Assembly (NCBI GenBank): GCA_039933355.1
Contig: JBDTOH010000001.1
Span: 1 to 41,745, forward strand
DNA: 41,745 nt
Origin: Gemmatimonadota bacterium
GTDB lineage: Bacteria; Gemmatimonadota; Gemmatimonadetes; Gemmatimonadales; GWC2-71-9
Direction: 5' to 3'
Part shown: positions 25,971 through 34,542 of the stretch, in pieces
Layout: every line of letters starts with the position of its first letter
Position numbering within the stretch: the stretch's first letter is position 1
Translations under genes and position numbers: made by a program
Notes under the pieces: model-generated
Told to the model about the DNA's origin: nothing
Database searches by the model: none
What the model saw: only the letters and a program-made list of their open reading frames with translations

Positions 25971-26705
25971 TTAGCGGCTGATCGTTCCCCAAATTCCCAG
26001 CTTCGCCGTCCCGCCGGCGGTGAGATCGGCGATCGGCAGCTCGATCACGATCGACATCAGATTGAAGCCGGTGACGTAGTTCACCGCCTGGCCTGCGGGC
26101 CGGAACGCGCTGGCGCTTGCAGTGCTCGGCAGCTGCGACAGCGGGCCGCTGACCGGCTTTCGATCCGGAATGATGCGAAAGAACTGCTCGAGATCGATGA
26201 AGAACGGATCATCGCGCGGGCCCGCGAACACCTGCATTCCCGACCCGGTCCCCAGATTGGTCTTGATGGCGCCCGTCATCGTCGCGTTGCCGCTCGCAAC
26301 CTCGTTATTCATCGCGCCCTTGACCGGTGGCGCGATCGGGCCCCGAACCTCGACCTGCTGGTCGGCCCCGGTGCCGGTGAACGTGACCTGGATCACTTTG
26401 TCCTCGACGGCGTCGCCATCGTTATCGATCTTGAACTGATAGAGCAGGTTCTTGTCGAACGAGGCGCCCGCCGTCGCGGCCGGCGTGAGGAACGGCCGGC
26501 TGTTGAGCACCAGAACGATGCGGCCGGCTGTAGGGCTCGGAAACGCATAGACGTCAGTCATATCCTGGGACGGATTGAGCTCCGCGTCCGGGGAATCCTG
26601 GTGATCCGATGCAATCGCGATACCGGTGATGGCCGCGGTGGAGATCCCAAGGAGACTCAGGGCGATCCATCGAGAGCGGTTGGAGCGAAAAAGCGACATG
26701 AACAA
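25971..26705 (-). CDS. DUF4331 family protein, N-terminal-half homolog, secreted
   Basis: 244 aa with a signal peptide, followed by the family signature SDHQDSP...DMTDVYAF. GGAGG lies 7 nt upstream of ATG 26705. Confidence 0.75.
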   Translation of the reverse strand: MFMSLFRSNRSRWIALSLLGISTAAITGIAIASDHQDSPDAELNPSQDMTDVYAFPSPTAGRIVLVLNSRPFLTPAATAGASFDKNLLYQFKIDNDGDAVEDKVIQVTFTGTGADQQVEVRGPIAPPVKGAMNNEVASGNATMTGAIKTNLGTGSGMQVFAGPRDDPFFIDLEQFFRIIPDRKPVSGPLSQLPSTASASAFRPAGQAVNYVTGFNLMSIVIELPIADLTAGGTAKLGIWGTISR

Positions 26706-26860
26706 TCCTCCGGCGGGTGATAGACGAGTGGTCCCGTCGATCTACGCCGCGCGGTCCCGATCGGATTGATTGGCTCGAGTGGCGCGAATTCAGGACTTCC
26801 CGGGAGAGCACCCATTGTTATCCCGAGGTCGCCGGACGGACGGCGCCACCGTCATCCCGA

Positions 26861-26941
26861 GTGAGCAACGGGACCGACGGATCCGGGCCGCCGATTCCGG
26901 AGGCCTTGCCGAGTAGATCCCTCACTCTCGCTCGGGATGAC
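26861..26941. repeat. long imperfect hairpin (GTCATCCCGAGTGAG ... CTCACT-CTCGC-TCGGGATGAC), REP/MITE-like
   Basis: The arms at ~26861-26875 and ~26921-26941 are reverse complements, apart from a 5-nt insertion. The element lies in a 326-bp non-coding gap upstream of the DUF4331 operon. Confidence 0.6.
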
Positions 26942-27040
26942 AGCCCGATTGGCGACGCTCGGCGTGACAGCCTGACTGGCGACGCTTGGTACGACAACCT
27001 GATCGACGATCACTTCGGACGACAGCCCCGACTAAGCCCC
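26931..27040. repeat. tandem repeat, ~27-28 nt unit, 4 copies with decaying identity
   Basis: The four units are CTCGGGATGACAGCCCGATTGGCGACG / CTCGGCGTGACAGCCTGACTGGCGACG / CTTGGTACGACAACCTGATCGACGATCA / CTTCGGACGACAGCCCCGACTAAGCCCC. The first unit overlaps the right arm of the hairpin. Confidence 0.75.
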
Positions 27041-27652
27041 AATCCGCGCAAGCGGCGCGAGCAGCGTTGGTATCGCGCGGGCTCGGTCCATCAGGGACCG
27101 TGATGCGCCCGGTTGCCCGTTGGCCTCCAAGATCCGAGCCCGGTGATACATCATGGTCGGCGTTGGGCTGCCCCACCGGCCGCCTCGATCCGAGGCCCCT
27201 AACGCTTCGCCGATCTCCCCCCGGCGATACAACACCCAGCTCAGCAGATCGTCCGACTCGATCGTCCGCCGGCGGGCGACCTCGCGGTGCGCCAGCGCCA
27301 GCGCGGAGTCGAGCGATGCCCGGTCACCGCGCTCGGCGAGGTAGAGAGCGAGCGGGGTTGCCGAACAGCGCCTCGCGCCGGGGCGTGGCCGCGATGGCGA
27401 CGAACTTGGCCTCGGCCCGCTTCGCGTCGGCAACCGCGCCGACGACCCGCTCGACTTCGGCGAAACGGAGGTAGAGGTCGGGGTGCGCGTCCGAGAGGAT
27501 CTGGCGGTAGAGATTCTCGGCTCGCGGCTGCGGCCGCGCGCGAGCGCAATATTGGCAAGCTGCTCCACGGCGCCGCGGTATCCGGGCTGCACCGCGACCG
27601 CGTGCCGTAAGGTCGCTTCGGCATCGTCCGGTCCGCGGAGCGAATGATCCAT
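27032..27652 (-). pseudogene. frameshifted, N-terminally truncated paralog of the TPR protein at 24136..25338
   Basis: Protein-like sequence switches frame near 27536 (in a GCGCGCGG run) and back near 27356 (in a CCCC run). The reconstructed sequence ...LANIALAR/RPQPRAENLYRQILSDAHPDLYLRFAEVERVV...EALFGN/PLALYLAERGD...DDLLSWVLYRRGE aligns in order with the C-terminal ~190 aa of the 400-aa TPR protein. Confidence 0.5.
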
Positions 27653-27835
27653 GGTGATACGGAGCCGTGCCGCTTTGGACCCGACATCTCGCTACGTCGG
27701 CTGGATGAAATCGGATGTAGAAGGGATGTACCACGAAGACCCGCAAGCAGACCCGCCGCCCACCATACTACCAAAACCTAACGGTCCCGATCAAACGAGG
27801 AGCAAACTTGCCGCCTTGCCGCCTTCCCGCCGTTC

Positions 27836-28939
27836 CTACCAGCTCCAAAACCGCTCCGGTCGCATCACTTCGATGTCCTCGAAGGTCGCTTCGCCGGCCA
27901 TGAGATGCCCGAGCACGATGCCGGTGATCCCCGCGAGCAGTATCCCGTTCCGGCCGTGGCCGGTCGCATACCATAGCCCCCGCACGCTCGGCTCCCGACC
28001 TACGATCGGCAGGCCGTCGGGCGTGCCGGGCCGGAGCCCGGCCCAGCTGCGGGTTACGGCGAGCGACCCGAGCCCCGGGAGGAGCGAGCGGCCGCAGGCC
28101 ACCAGGCCGGTGGTCGCCTCATCCGAGACGGCGATCGAGAACCCCGCATGCTCCTTCGTCGCACCGACCAGCGCCTCCCCGCGGCGATGGAGCACGTACA
28201 CGCCGGTGCCGTACACCACGACCGGTGGAACGTTCGTCGGCCAAGGCAGCGCCGCCATCTGTCCCTTCACCGGCTCGACCGAAACCGGGCGGGGAAGCCC
28301 CGCCAGGCGTCCGCTCCACGCGCCGGCCGCGAGCACGAACTCGGCGCCTTTATGCCGGGATGCTCCTACCGCCGCGACCACCCGGCCGTCCACGGTCTCG
28401 ATCCGGTTCACCGTATCCGAAACGAAACGCGCCCCGAGGCGCTCCGCATCAGCGCGGAGCGCCTCGACCAGCCGGGTCGGATCCACCGAGCCGTCGTGGG
28501 GCGCGAACAGCGCGCCATCGGCGGGGGCAAGCCAGGGCCACTCACTCTTGAGCTCAGCCGGATCGAGCCACTCGGTGCGGTGGCCCTGCTGGCGCTGCCA
28601 CGCCAGGCTCTCTTTGAGACGGTCCACTTCCGTCTCCCCATGGGCAAGCCGGGTCACGCCGCGATCGTACAGCTCGACGTCGATTCGTGTCGTGTCGAGA
28701 AGCTCCGGCGCCGCACCGCGAAAATATTCCCGCCCCGCAACGCTCAGCTCGAATAGCGGATCGCCCTCGCTGGCATCGATCTGGGGGGCAAGAAGCCCGG
28801 CCGACGCGCGCCACCCCTCGCCGACCCTGTCGCCCCGGTCGACGACCAGGACCGACCGGCCGGCGCGGCTGAGCTCCCGGGCGCACGCAGCGCCGACGGC
28901 ACCCCCACCGACGATGACGACTTCCGGAGTTGCGGTCAC
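27836..28939 (-). CDS. FAD-dependent oxidoreductase, DAO family (glycine oxidase ThiO-like)
   Basis: 367 aa with the Rossmann motif VVIVGGGAVGAA and a DAO-family pattern through to YATGHGRNGILL. No TPP riboswitch or thi genes are adjacent, so a ThiO function is not asserted. Confidence 0.75.
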   Translation of the reverse strand: MTATPEVVIVGGGAVGAACARELSRAGRSVLVVDRGDRVGEGWRASAGLLAPQIDASEGDPLFELSVAGREYFRGAAPELLDTTRIDVELYDRGVTRLAHGETEVDRLKESLAWQRQQGHRTEWLDPAELKSEWPWLAPADGALFAPHDGSVDPTRLVEALRADAERLGARFVSDTVNRIETVDGRVVAAVGASRHKGAEFVLAAGAWSGRLAGLPRPVSVEPVKGQMAALPWPTNVPPVVVYGTGVYVLHRRGEALVGATKEHAGFSIAVSDEATTGLVACGRSLLPGLGSLAVTRSWAGLRPGTPDGLPIVGREPSVRGLWYATGHGRNGILLAGITGIVLGHLMAGEATFEDIEVMRPERFWSW

Positions 28940-29020
28940 TTGGGCTCGGACGAAACTTTTTGAAACGTCGGGCGTATGATAGATTGCTTCATCGGTACCC
29001 CCGTTTCGGAGGAACTTATC

Positions 29021-29239
29021 ATGGTCCGGAGTGTCGTGGGCTTCGCAGGATTCGCCGTCATTTTCCTACTCGGCCTCAAGCTGGTAGGGTTTCTTCTCGG
29101 CGGATTGCTGAGCATCGTTGGTTCGCTGCTCTGGTTCGCATTCCTCGGCTGGATTTTCTACATCATTCTGCGCGTGCTCAGCCCCTCGACCGCGGATCGG
29201 GTCCGCGAGGCCGTTCGGGGTAAGCCGAGCGAAGCCTAA
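29021..29239 (+). CDS. small hypothetical membrane protein (2 TM helices)
   Basis: ATG 29021 lies 8 nt after GGAGG. The 72-aa product has two hydrophobic helices. Confidence 0.5.
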   Translation: MVRSVVGFAGFAVIFLLGLKLVGFLLGGLLSIVGSLLWFAFLGWIFYIILRVLSPSTADRVREAVRGKPSEA

Positions 29240-29277
29240 GCGCCCCAACGACGTCCACGACGGCTTCCGCCGGCCGC

Positions 29278-30012
29278 CTACGCGGCCGGCATCGTCATTT
29301 TCTCCAGTCGAAGGGTCACCGTTCCCCACGGATATTTGGTCCGGATCTGCACCGGGATCCGGCGGGCGTCATCGGTGAGCCATAGCCGAGCCTCGGATCG
29401 GTCGGCAAACATCCCGCGGTCGTCGATGACCGGATTGAGCACGAGGCAGGTCACCTTGCTTCCGTCCGGCAGCTCCATCTCCTCCCGTTTGAGCACCCGG
29501 ATGATCAGCGGGTTCTTGGCCTGGCGGAAGTACTTGTCGAACTGATAAGTCTTCCCCACCTCGAGCGGCGTCGACCGGACGAAATAGATGAAGGCGGCGT
29601 CGTCCAACGGGTGGGTCGGCGTCGGCTCCGTCGTGGTTCGCCCCCGCTGCCGGAAGAAACCCGAGTCCGGATAGATGTCGAAGTCGTGCGTCCGAACGGT
29701 GTTGTTCTCGTGGTTGTCGTTGCGGAACCGGAGCGACTTGAAGTCGGAGACCGTGGTCCACGACTCGAGCGTATTGCTCACCTTGAAGAACATGTTGCCG
29801 CCGTCGAGCTTGAATCGAAAGAGGTAGGCAGCCTGACCGCGCACCGTGTCGATCCCCGCGACCTCCATTGAGGCGGATCCGAGCGATAGGATCCCGAGCT
29901 TGGCCGAATAGTCGAAGCGCTCCCCGACCTTGAAGGAGGCCGCCGGCGGACCGATCGGCGCGACTGCCCCTTGTCCCAGCTGGATTGCCAGCCACACCGC
30001 GAAAATGCCCAT
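29278..30012 (-). CDS. DUF3108 domain-containing protein
   Basis: 244 aa with an N-terminal hydrophobic segment. The pattern FKVGERFDYSAKLGILSLGSASMEV...RIPVQIR resembles the DUF3108 beta-barrel-like family. Confidence 0.6.
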   Translation of the reverse strand: MGIFAVWLAIQLGQGAVAPIGPPAASFKVGERFDYSAKLGILSLGSASMEVAGIDTVRGQAAYLFRFKLDGGNMFFKVSNTLESWTTVSDFKSLRFRNDNHENNTVRTHDFDIYPDSGFFRQRGRTTTEPTPTHPLDDAAFIYFVRSTPLEVGKTYQFDKYFRQAKNPLIIRVLKREEMELPDGSKVTCLVLNPVIDDRGMFADRSEARLWLTDDARRIPVQIRTKYPWGTVTLRLEKMTMPAA

Positions 30013-30014
30013 TA

Positions 30015-30761
30015 CTACCGAATCGCTCCTTCTTCAGATTCTTGTCTCTGCGCCGGCCCCGCATGCCAGAGGGCCTTCGCCATCGTCCAGGGGTCGACCC
30101 GACTCGGTCTCTGCTTGAGATCGTGCCGTTCGACTATCTCCACCGTTTCGACCCGCCTCGCCTGACCGGCTGCCCGGGCCAGAAGCTCGGCATTGGCGGC
30201 CCATCCGTCGTTTTTGAGCGCGGGTGACCCGCTGCCCTTGAAGATGTTGCGCAGCGTGATGAGCCTGAATGCCGCAAATCCCGAGACCGGATCGCGCACC
30301 CCGGCGACCCGATTGCCTTTCCCGAGCAGCCACGAGGCCCAGCGGCGAACCATGCGATATCCGCGGGGCATCTCTTTGGACGGCGGGGCCTGACCGACCA
30401 CCACATCGGCCCCGCTTTCGATACGCCGGATGAAGTCGGGAATGAACTCCGGCCCATGCGCGAAATCGGCGTGGATCAAGACCGCGCAATCGCGCTTGGG
30501 TCGGTCGCTCCGGGCCAGCGCCTCGGTCAGGAGCACTTCGACCGACCGCGCATAGCCCTGGCGCTCCCGCTGCTCGATCACAGTGAGGGGAAGGACCTTG
30601 TTATAAGGCTCGAGAACTTCAGTCGTGAGGTCGGTAGACCCGTCGTTGACGACGAGGATCTGATACTCGCGGCCGAGGCCCTCGAAAACCTTCCGGATTT
30701 TCCACAGGACGAGCCCGACCGTCGCGGCTTCGTTGTGGCTGGGTATACAGATGTAAATCAT
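30015..30761 (-). CDS. glycosyltransferase family 2
   Basis: The N-terminus ICIPSHNEA...ILVVNDGSTD is the typical GT-A DxD-type fold start. Confidence 0.8.
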   Translation of the reverse strand: MIYICIPSHNEAATVGLVLWKIRKVFEGLGREYQILVVNDGSTDLTTEVLEPYNKVLPLTVIEQRERQGYARSVEVLLTEALARSDRPKRDCAVLIHADFAHGPEFIPDFIRRIESGADVVVGQAPPSKEMPRGYRMVRRWASWLLGKGNRVAGVRDPVSGFAAFRLITLRNIFKGSGSPALKNDGWAANAELLARAAGQARRVETVEIVERHDLKQRPSRVDPWTMAKALWHAGPAQRQESEEGAIR

Positions 30762-30767
30762 TCTCCA

Positions 30768-31850
30768 TCAACGTTCTGCGTTGAGCGAACGATACAGCAG
30801 CGCGACCGTATCTGCCATGGCTCCGGCGTCGAATTTGAGGGCGGCGATCCGGGCAGCTTTGACGGTCCGCTGCCGCAGGTCACCATCCTCGAGGAACCGC
30901 AAAACCGCGTCTCCGAGCTCGGCGGAGTTGCCTGCAGGGACGAGGAGCCCAGCTCCACCCCCCAACAGCTCCGGCACCCCGCCGACATTGGTCGCGACGA
31001 CCGGCGTCCCGAGCCCCATCGCTTCCAGAATTCCGGTCCCCAGTCCCTCGTGGGTCGACGCCGAGACGAACACCGTTGCCGCGGCCACGAGCGGCAAGGG
31101 GTCGGAGAGATGACCGACGAAGTGCACGATTGGCGTCACGGCGAGGTCGCGAGCTTGTTGCTGCAACCCGGCGCTGAGTGGCCCGGTTCCCGCGAAAACC
31201 CAGTGCAAGTCGCGGGCTCGATCTCGAAGTCTGGCAGCGGTTTGGAGGATGACCCCATGACCCTTCTCCGGAGTGAGTGCGCCCACCACGGCTGCGATAG
31301 GACCGGTGTCCGGTAGCCCAAGGTCACGACGAACTGTTCCTGGAATCGCCGCCTGCGTCCGTGAGGTATCGATGCCCGAATGGATCACGGCGACGTGCCT
31401 CGGATCGAGGCCGCCGGCGATCAAGAGCTTCTCGACCGCCGCCGAGACCGCGATGACCTTGGCGGCTCGACGCCAGAAAAACGGGCGGCGGAGTGGAACG
31501 GCGGTGCGCTTGGTTGCGACGAAGGGTCTGCCCGCGAACCGGCTCGCGAGCGCAGCGATCGTAACGGCATGCCCGTCATGAGCGTGCAAGATGGCTCGGC
31601 TGTTCCGGGCCTCGCTGACTGTCGCTCGGAGCGCGGCAAAGGAAAGACCGGTCCGCCAATTGACGCCGCGCGTTGCCACGCCCGCGTCCATCGCGGCGCG
31701 CTCGAGCTCGCTTCCTGCTGTTGTGATGACGATCTGATCGAAGGTGCCGAGCCGGGCCAGCTCGCGGGCGAGGAGCGCGACCTGGCGCTGGCCGCCCCGC
31801 CACTCCCGTCCGGATGCGACGTGAATGATCCGTGCCCGCGCTTCGGTCAC
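30768..31850 (-). CDS. glycosyltransferase family 4 (GT-B, group 1)
   Basis: It has the C-terminal motif HEGLGTGILEAMGLGTPVVATNVGGVPELL. The GTG start at 31850 overlaps the upstream stop as GTGA. Confidence 0.8.
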   Translation of the reverse strand: MTEARARIIHVASGREWRGGQRQVALLARELARLGTFDQIVITTAGSELERAAMDAGVATRGVNWRTGLSFAALRATVSEARNSRAILHAHDGHAVTIAALASRFAGRPFVATKRTAVPLRRPFFWRRAAKVIAVSAAVEKLLIAGGLDPRHVAVIHSGIDTSRTQAAIPGTVRRDLGLPDTGPIAAVVGALTPEKGHGVILQTAARLRDRARDLHWVFAGTGPLSAGLQQQARDLAVTPIVHFVGHLSDPLPLVAAATVFVSASTHEGLGTGILEAMGLGTPVVATNVGGVPELLGGGAGLLVPAGNSAELGDAVLRFLEDGDLRQRTVKAARIAALKFDAGAMADTVALLYRSLNAER

Positions 31851-32344
31851 CGCCGCCGGAGAGAATCGGGGAAGAGCTCGCAGGCCGGCTCCTCGAACAT
31901 GGCGACCGACGCGCGAACCCCGATGAGCGGAACATTGACCGCGCCGGCGTTGATCGTGCCCAGAACCGGTGCGCCCGGGACCGGCACGCCTTCGAAGAGA
32001 ATGACGCCGGCCGGACCCGAGGTCGGGTCGTCAACCAAGACTCCGTAGCCGACCTTCGGTTTCTCAGGGAGCGGGCTGTCCACGCCGATCACCCAGTTCG
32101 CTTCCGTCTTCCCGACGACCTGTCCTACAATGCCCCGATATCCGGGACCGGCTGCCATCCGGACGGGAATGACTTCAGGCATCTTTTCGGGAACGGCAGC
32201 CAAGGTTCGGCCCGGCTTGGTGAACTCTTCGATGAGGAGGCTTGGACCGGCGAGCGCTGCGATGCCGCACGAAGTGCGTCCTTTGGATCCGGCGCAAGCG
32301 GCCGCGAGAACGAGTGAGATGAGGCCGAGACGATGGCGTGTCAT
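31847..32344 (-). CDS. hypothetical lipoprotein
   Basis: Starts at ATG 32344 (MTRHRLGLISLVLAAACAGS, a probable lipobox). It is the first gene of a compact four-gene envelope operon. Confidence 0.5.
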   Translation of the reverse strand: MTRHRLGLISLVLAAACAGSKGRTSCGIAALAGPSLLIEEFTKPGRTLAAVPEKMPEVIPVRMAAGPGYRGIVGQVVGKTEANWVIGVDSPLPEKPKVGYGVLVDDPTSGPAGVILFEGVPVPGAPVLGTINAGAVNVPLIGVRASVAMFEEPACELFPDSLRRR

Positions 32345-32426
32345 GATCGAGCCGATCCCAATGTGGTTCCCAAAGATACACCGCCGGAGTAACATTCGAC
32401 CGCCCCTCCAACGACCGACGCATCGC

Positions 32427-32957
32427 ATGGCGCTCGACGATCTCAAGGCACGACTCGAGAGCTTGTTCGCGGACTATCGCAAGCGACCCGACCAGCGCGC
32501 GTACACCTCCGGACTGCAGGACGCCCTCGTGGACCTCAAGCTCGGGCTCGATGATCTCCGAAAGGCCCTCGGCGGCTCGGAGCAGGAGCTGATGGCCGAG
32601 CGCGGCCGGCTCGACGACGCGGAGCGCCGGGGCCGCCTGGCCGAGGGGATTCGAGATCAGGACACGGTCGCGATCGCCAAAGAGTTCGCCGACAAGCACC
32701 GGGTCCGGATCGAGCTGCTCGAGCGCAAAGTGGCCGTACAGCGGGACGAGGTCCGGCTCGCCGAGGTCGAGTACGAGGACCTGTCGAACCGGTTTCGGTC
32801 GGCTCGTCAGGGGGTCCCGCCCACCGAAACCGAGCCGCCCGCCGGGCCGCCCGCCGAGGATTCCGACCTGCTCAAGAGCCGGATCGACACCAAGGCCCGG
32901 CAGGCGGCCGTCGAGGCCCAGCTCGAGATGCTCAAGCGAAAGATGGGCAGAGGCTGA
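32427..32957 (+). CDS. hypothetical coiled-coil protein
   Basis: Starts at ATG 32427 (MALDDLKARLESLF...). The 176-aa product is charged and helical and has a Pro-rich linker. Confidence 0.5.
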   Translation: MALDDLKARLESLFADYRKRPDQRAYTSGLQDALVDLKLGLDDLRKALGGSEQELMAERGRLDDAERRGRLAEGIRDQDTVAIAKEFADKHRVRIELLERKVAVQRDEVRLAEVEYEDLSNRFRSARQGVPPTETEPPAGPPAEDSDLLKSRIDTKARQAAVEAQLEMLKRKMGRG

Positions 32958-33018
32958 GGCCCGACGTTAGGCGCTGCCGGCGCCCGCCGCTACCCGAGCG
33001 ACCATCAGGAGCCCCCGT

Positions 33019-34542
33019 TTGAAATCCCAAGACACCGCGTTCTTCGGTCACCCCGCGGGCCTGTCCACGCTCTTCTTCACCGAGATGTGGGAGCGGTTCA
33101 GCTACTACGGCATGCGGGCGATCCTGATCCTCTTCCTGACGGCCCCGCTGGCCGTGGGAGGCTTGGCGCTTCCGGTGCCGCAGGCGGGCGCGATCTACGG
33201 AACGTACGTGGCGTCGGTTTACCTGATGACCATGGCCGGCGGATGGATGGCCGACAAGATCCTCGGCTTGCGAAGAGCGGTCTTCGCTGGCGGTGTGCTG
33301 ATCATGCTCGGGCACGTCTCCCTGGCGTTCCGCGGCACGGGGACCTTCTACGGCGGGCTCCTCCTCGTCGTGCTGGGCACGGGGCTCCTCAAGGGAAACA
33401 TCAGCGCGATCGTCGGCCAGCTGTACGGGCCTAACGACGTTCGCCGGGACGCCGGGTTCTCCCTCTACTACATGGGCGTCAACTTGGGCGGGATGCTGGG
33501 CCCGATCTTCGTCGGGTGGTTCGCCCAGAAGGAATGGTTTCGGGCCAAGCTCGCCGAGTGGGGAATGGACCCCAACATGGCATGGCACTTCGGCTTCGCG
33601 GCGGCGGCGGTCGGGATGTTCTTCGGGTTGGTGCAGTACTGGTTCGGCCAGCGGCGCCTCCCTGCGCAGGCGCTCGAGCCGGCCGGTGCCAAGACCGACC
33701 TCGACCGCACCCGGGCCCGCCGCATGCTCGGGCTCGCGGCCGGGATTGTGCTCGCGATCACGGCGCTCGTCTACTGGATGAGCCGGTCCGGTATCATCAC
33801 CCTCACACCCACGCTCATCTCGGGTTCGGTCGATCTCCTCATCTTCGGCGGCGCCACCGCGTTTTTCGTGTGGCTCTTCAAGGCGAGCGCGTGGACCCCG
33901 GAGGAGCGGAAGCGTCTCGTCGTCGTCTTCGTCCTCTTCCTCGGCGCGACGGTCTTCTGGTCCGCCTTTGAACAGGCCGGCTCGACTCTCAATCTGTTCG
34001 CCCAGCGCAACACGAACACCACCATCGTCGGTTGGGCGTATCCGCCGAGCTGGCTCCAATCGGTCAACTCGTTCTTCATCGTGGTCTTCGCGCCGGTGGT
34101 CGGCGCGGTCTGGTTCCGTCTCGGCGCCCGGAATCCGTCGAGCCCGGCCAAATTCTCGTTAGGCCTGTTCCTGCTCGCCGGGGCCTTCAGCCTCATGGTG
34201 ATCGCGTCGGTGCTGGCGGGGAACGGCGGTCGGGTGAGCCCGATGTGGCTGATCGGCTGCTACTTCTTCCAGACGATCGGAGAGCTCTGTTTGAGCCCGG
34301 TGGGGCTGAGCGCGATGTCGAAGCTGGCGCCGGCCCGGGTTACCGGCCTGATGATGGGCGTCTGGTTCCTCGCCTCGGCGATCGGTAACAAGATTGCGGG
34401 GCGGGTCGGCGGGCTCTACGAATCGCTCTCGCTCCCGACGTTGTTCGGGATGAACGCGCTGTTCGTGCTCGGCTTCGCCGTGCTGATGGCCCTCCTCGTC
34501 AAGCCGATCAAACGAATGCTCGGCGAGGGTGTGAAGGCGTAG
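33019..34542 (+). CDS. proton-dependent oligopeptide transporter (POT/PTR2 family, DtpT-like)
   Basis: It has the signature FFGHPAGLSTLFFTEMWERFSYYGMRAIL. TTG start at 33019, 7 nt after AGGAG. Confidence 0.85.
   Translation: MKSQDTAFFGHPAGLSTLFFTEMWERFSYYGMRAILILFLTAPLAVGGLALPVPQAGAIYGTYVASVYLMTMAGGWMADKILGLRRAVFAGGVLIMLGHVSLAFRGTGTFYGGLLLVVLGTGLLKGNISAIVGQLYGPNDVRRDAGFSLYYMGVNLGGMLGPIFVGWFAQKEWFRAKLAEWGMDPNMAWHFGFAAAAVGMFFGLVQYWFGQRRLPAQALEPAGAKTDLDRTRARRMLGLAAGIVLAITALVYWMSRSGIITLTPTLISGSVDLLIFGGATAFFVWLFKASAWTPEERKRLVVVFVLFLGATVFWSAFEQAGSTLNLFAQRNTNTTIVGWAYPPSWLQSVNSFFIVVFAPVVGAVWFRLGARNPSSPAKFSLGLFLLAGAFSLMVIASVLAGNGGRVSPMWLIGCYFFQTIGELCLSPVGLSAMSKLAPARVTGLMMGVWFLASAIGNKIAGRVGGLYESLSLPTLFGMNALFVLGFAVLMALLVKPIKRMLGEGVKA

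Noticed and set aside
26717-27103. A 128-aa plus-strand ORF has a 9-residue periodicity (DDSPIGDAR / RDSLTGDAW ...).
   Set aside because: The periodicity is simply the 27-nt tandem DNA repeat translated. There is no SD, no homology, and the ORF overlaps the hairpin element.
28940-29020. A possible TPP riboswitch or thi-box upstream of the ThiO-like flavoprotein.
   Set aside because: The conserved CUGAGA/ACCUGAUCUGGAUAAUGCCAGCG-type thi-box elements are not visible in the 80-nt leader, and no thi genes are nearby. The product is therefore named only as a DAO-family oxidoreductase.
24461-32965. An 8.5-kb stretch has no exact GTTAGGC copy, which could indicate foreign DNA.
   Set aside because: At about 0.55 copies per kb, a gap of this size is not very improbable across 23 intervals. 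One-mismatch variants occur inside it, and the GC content looks native.
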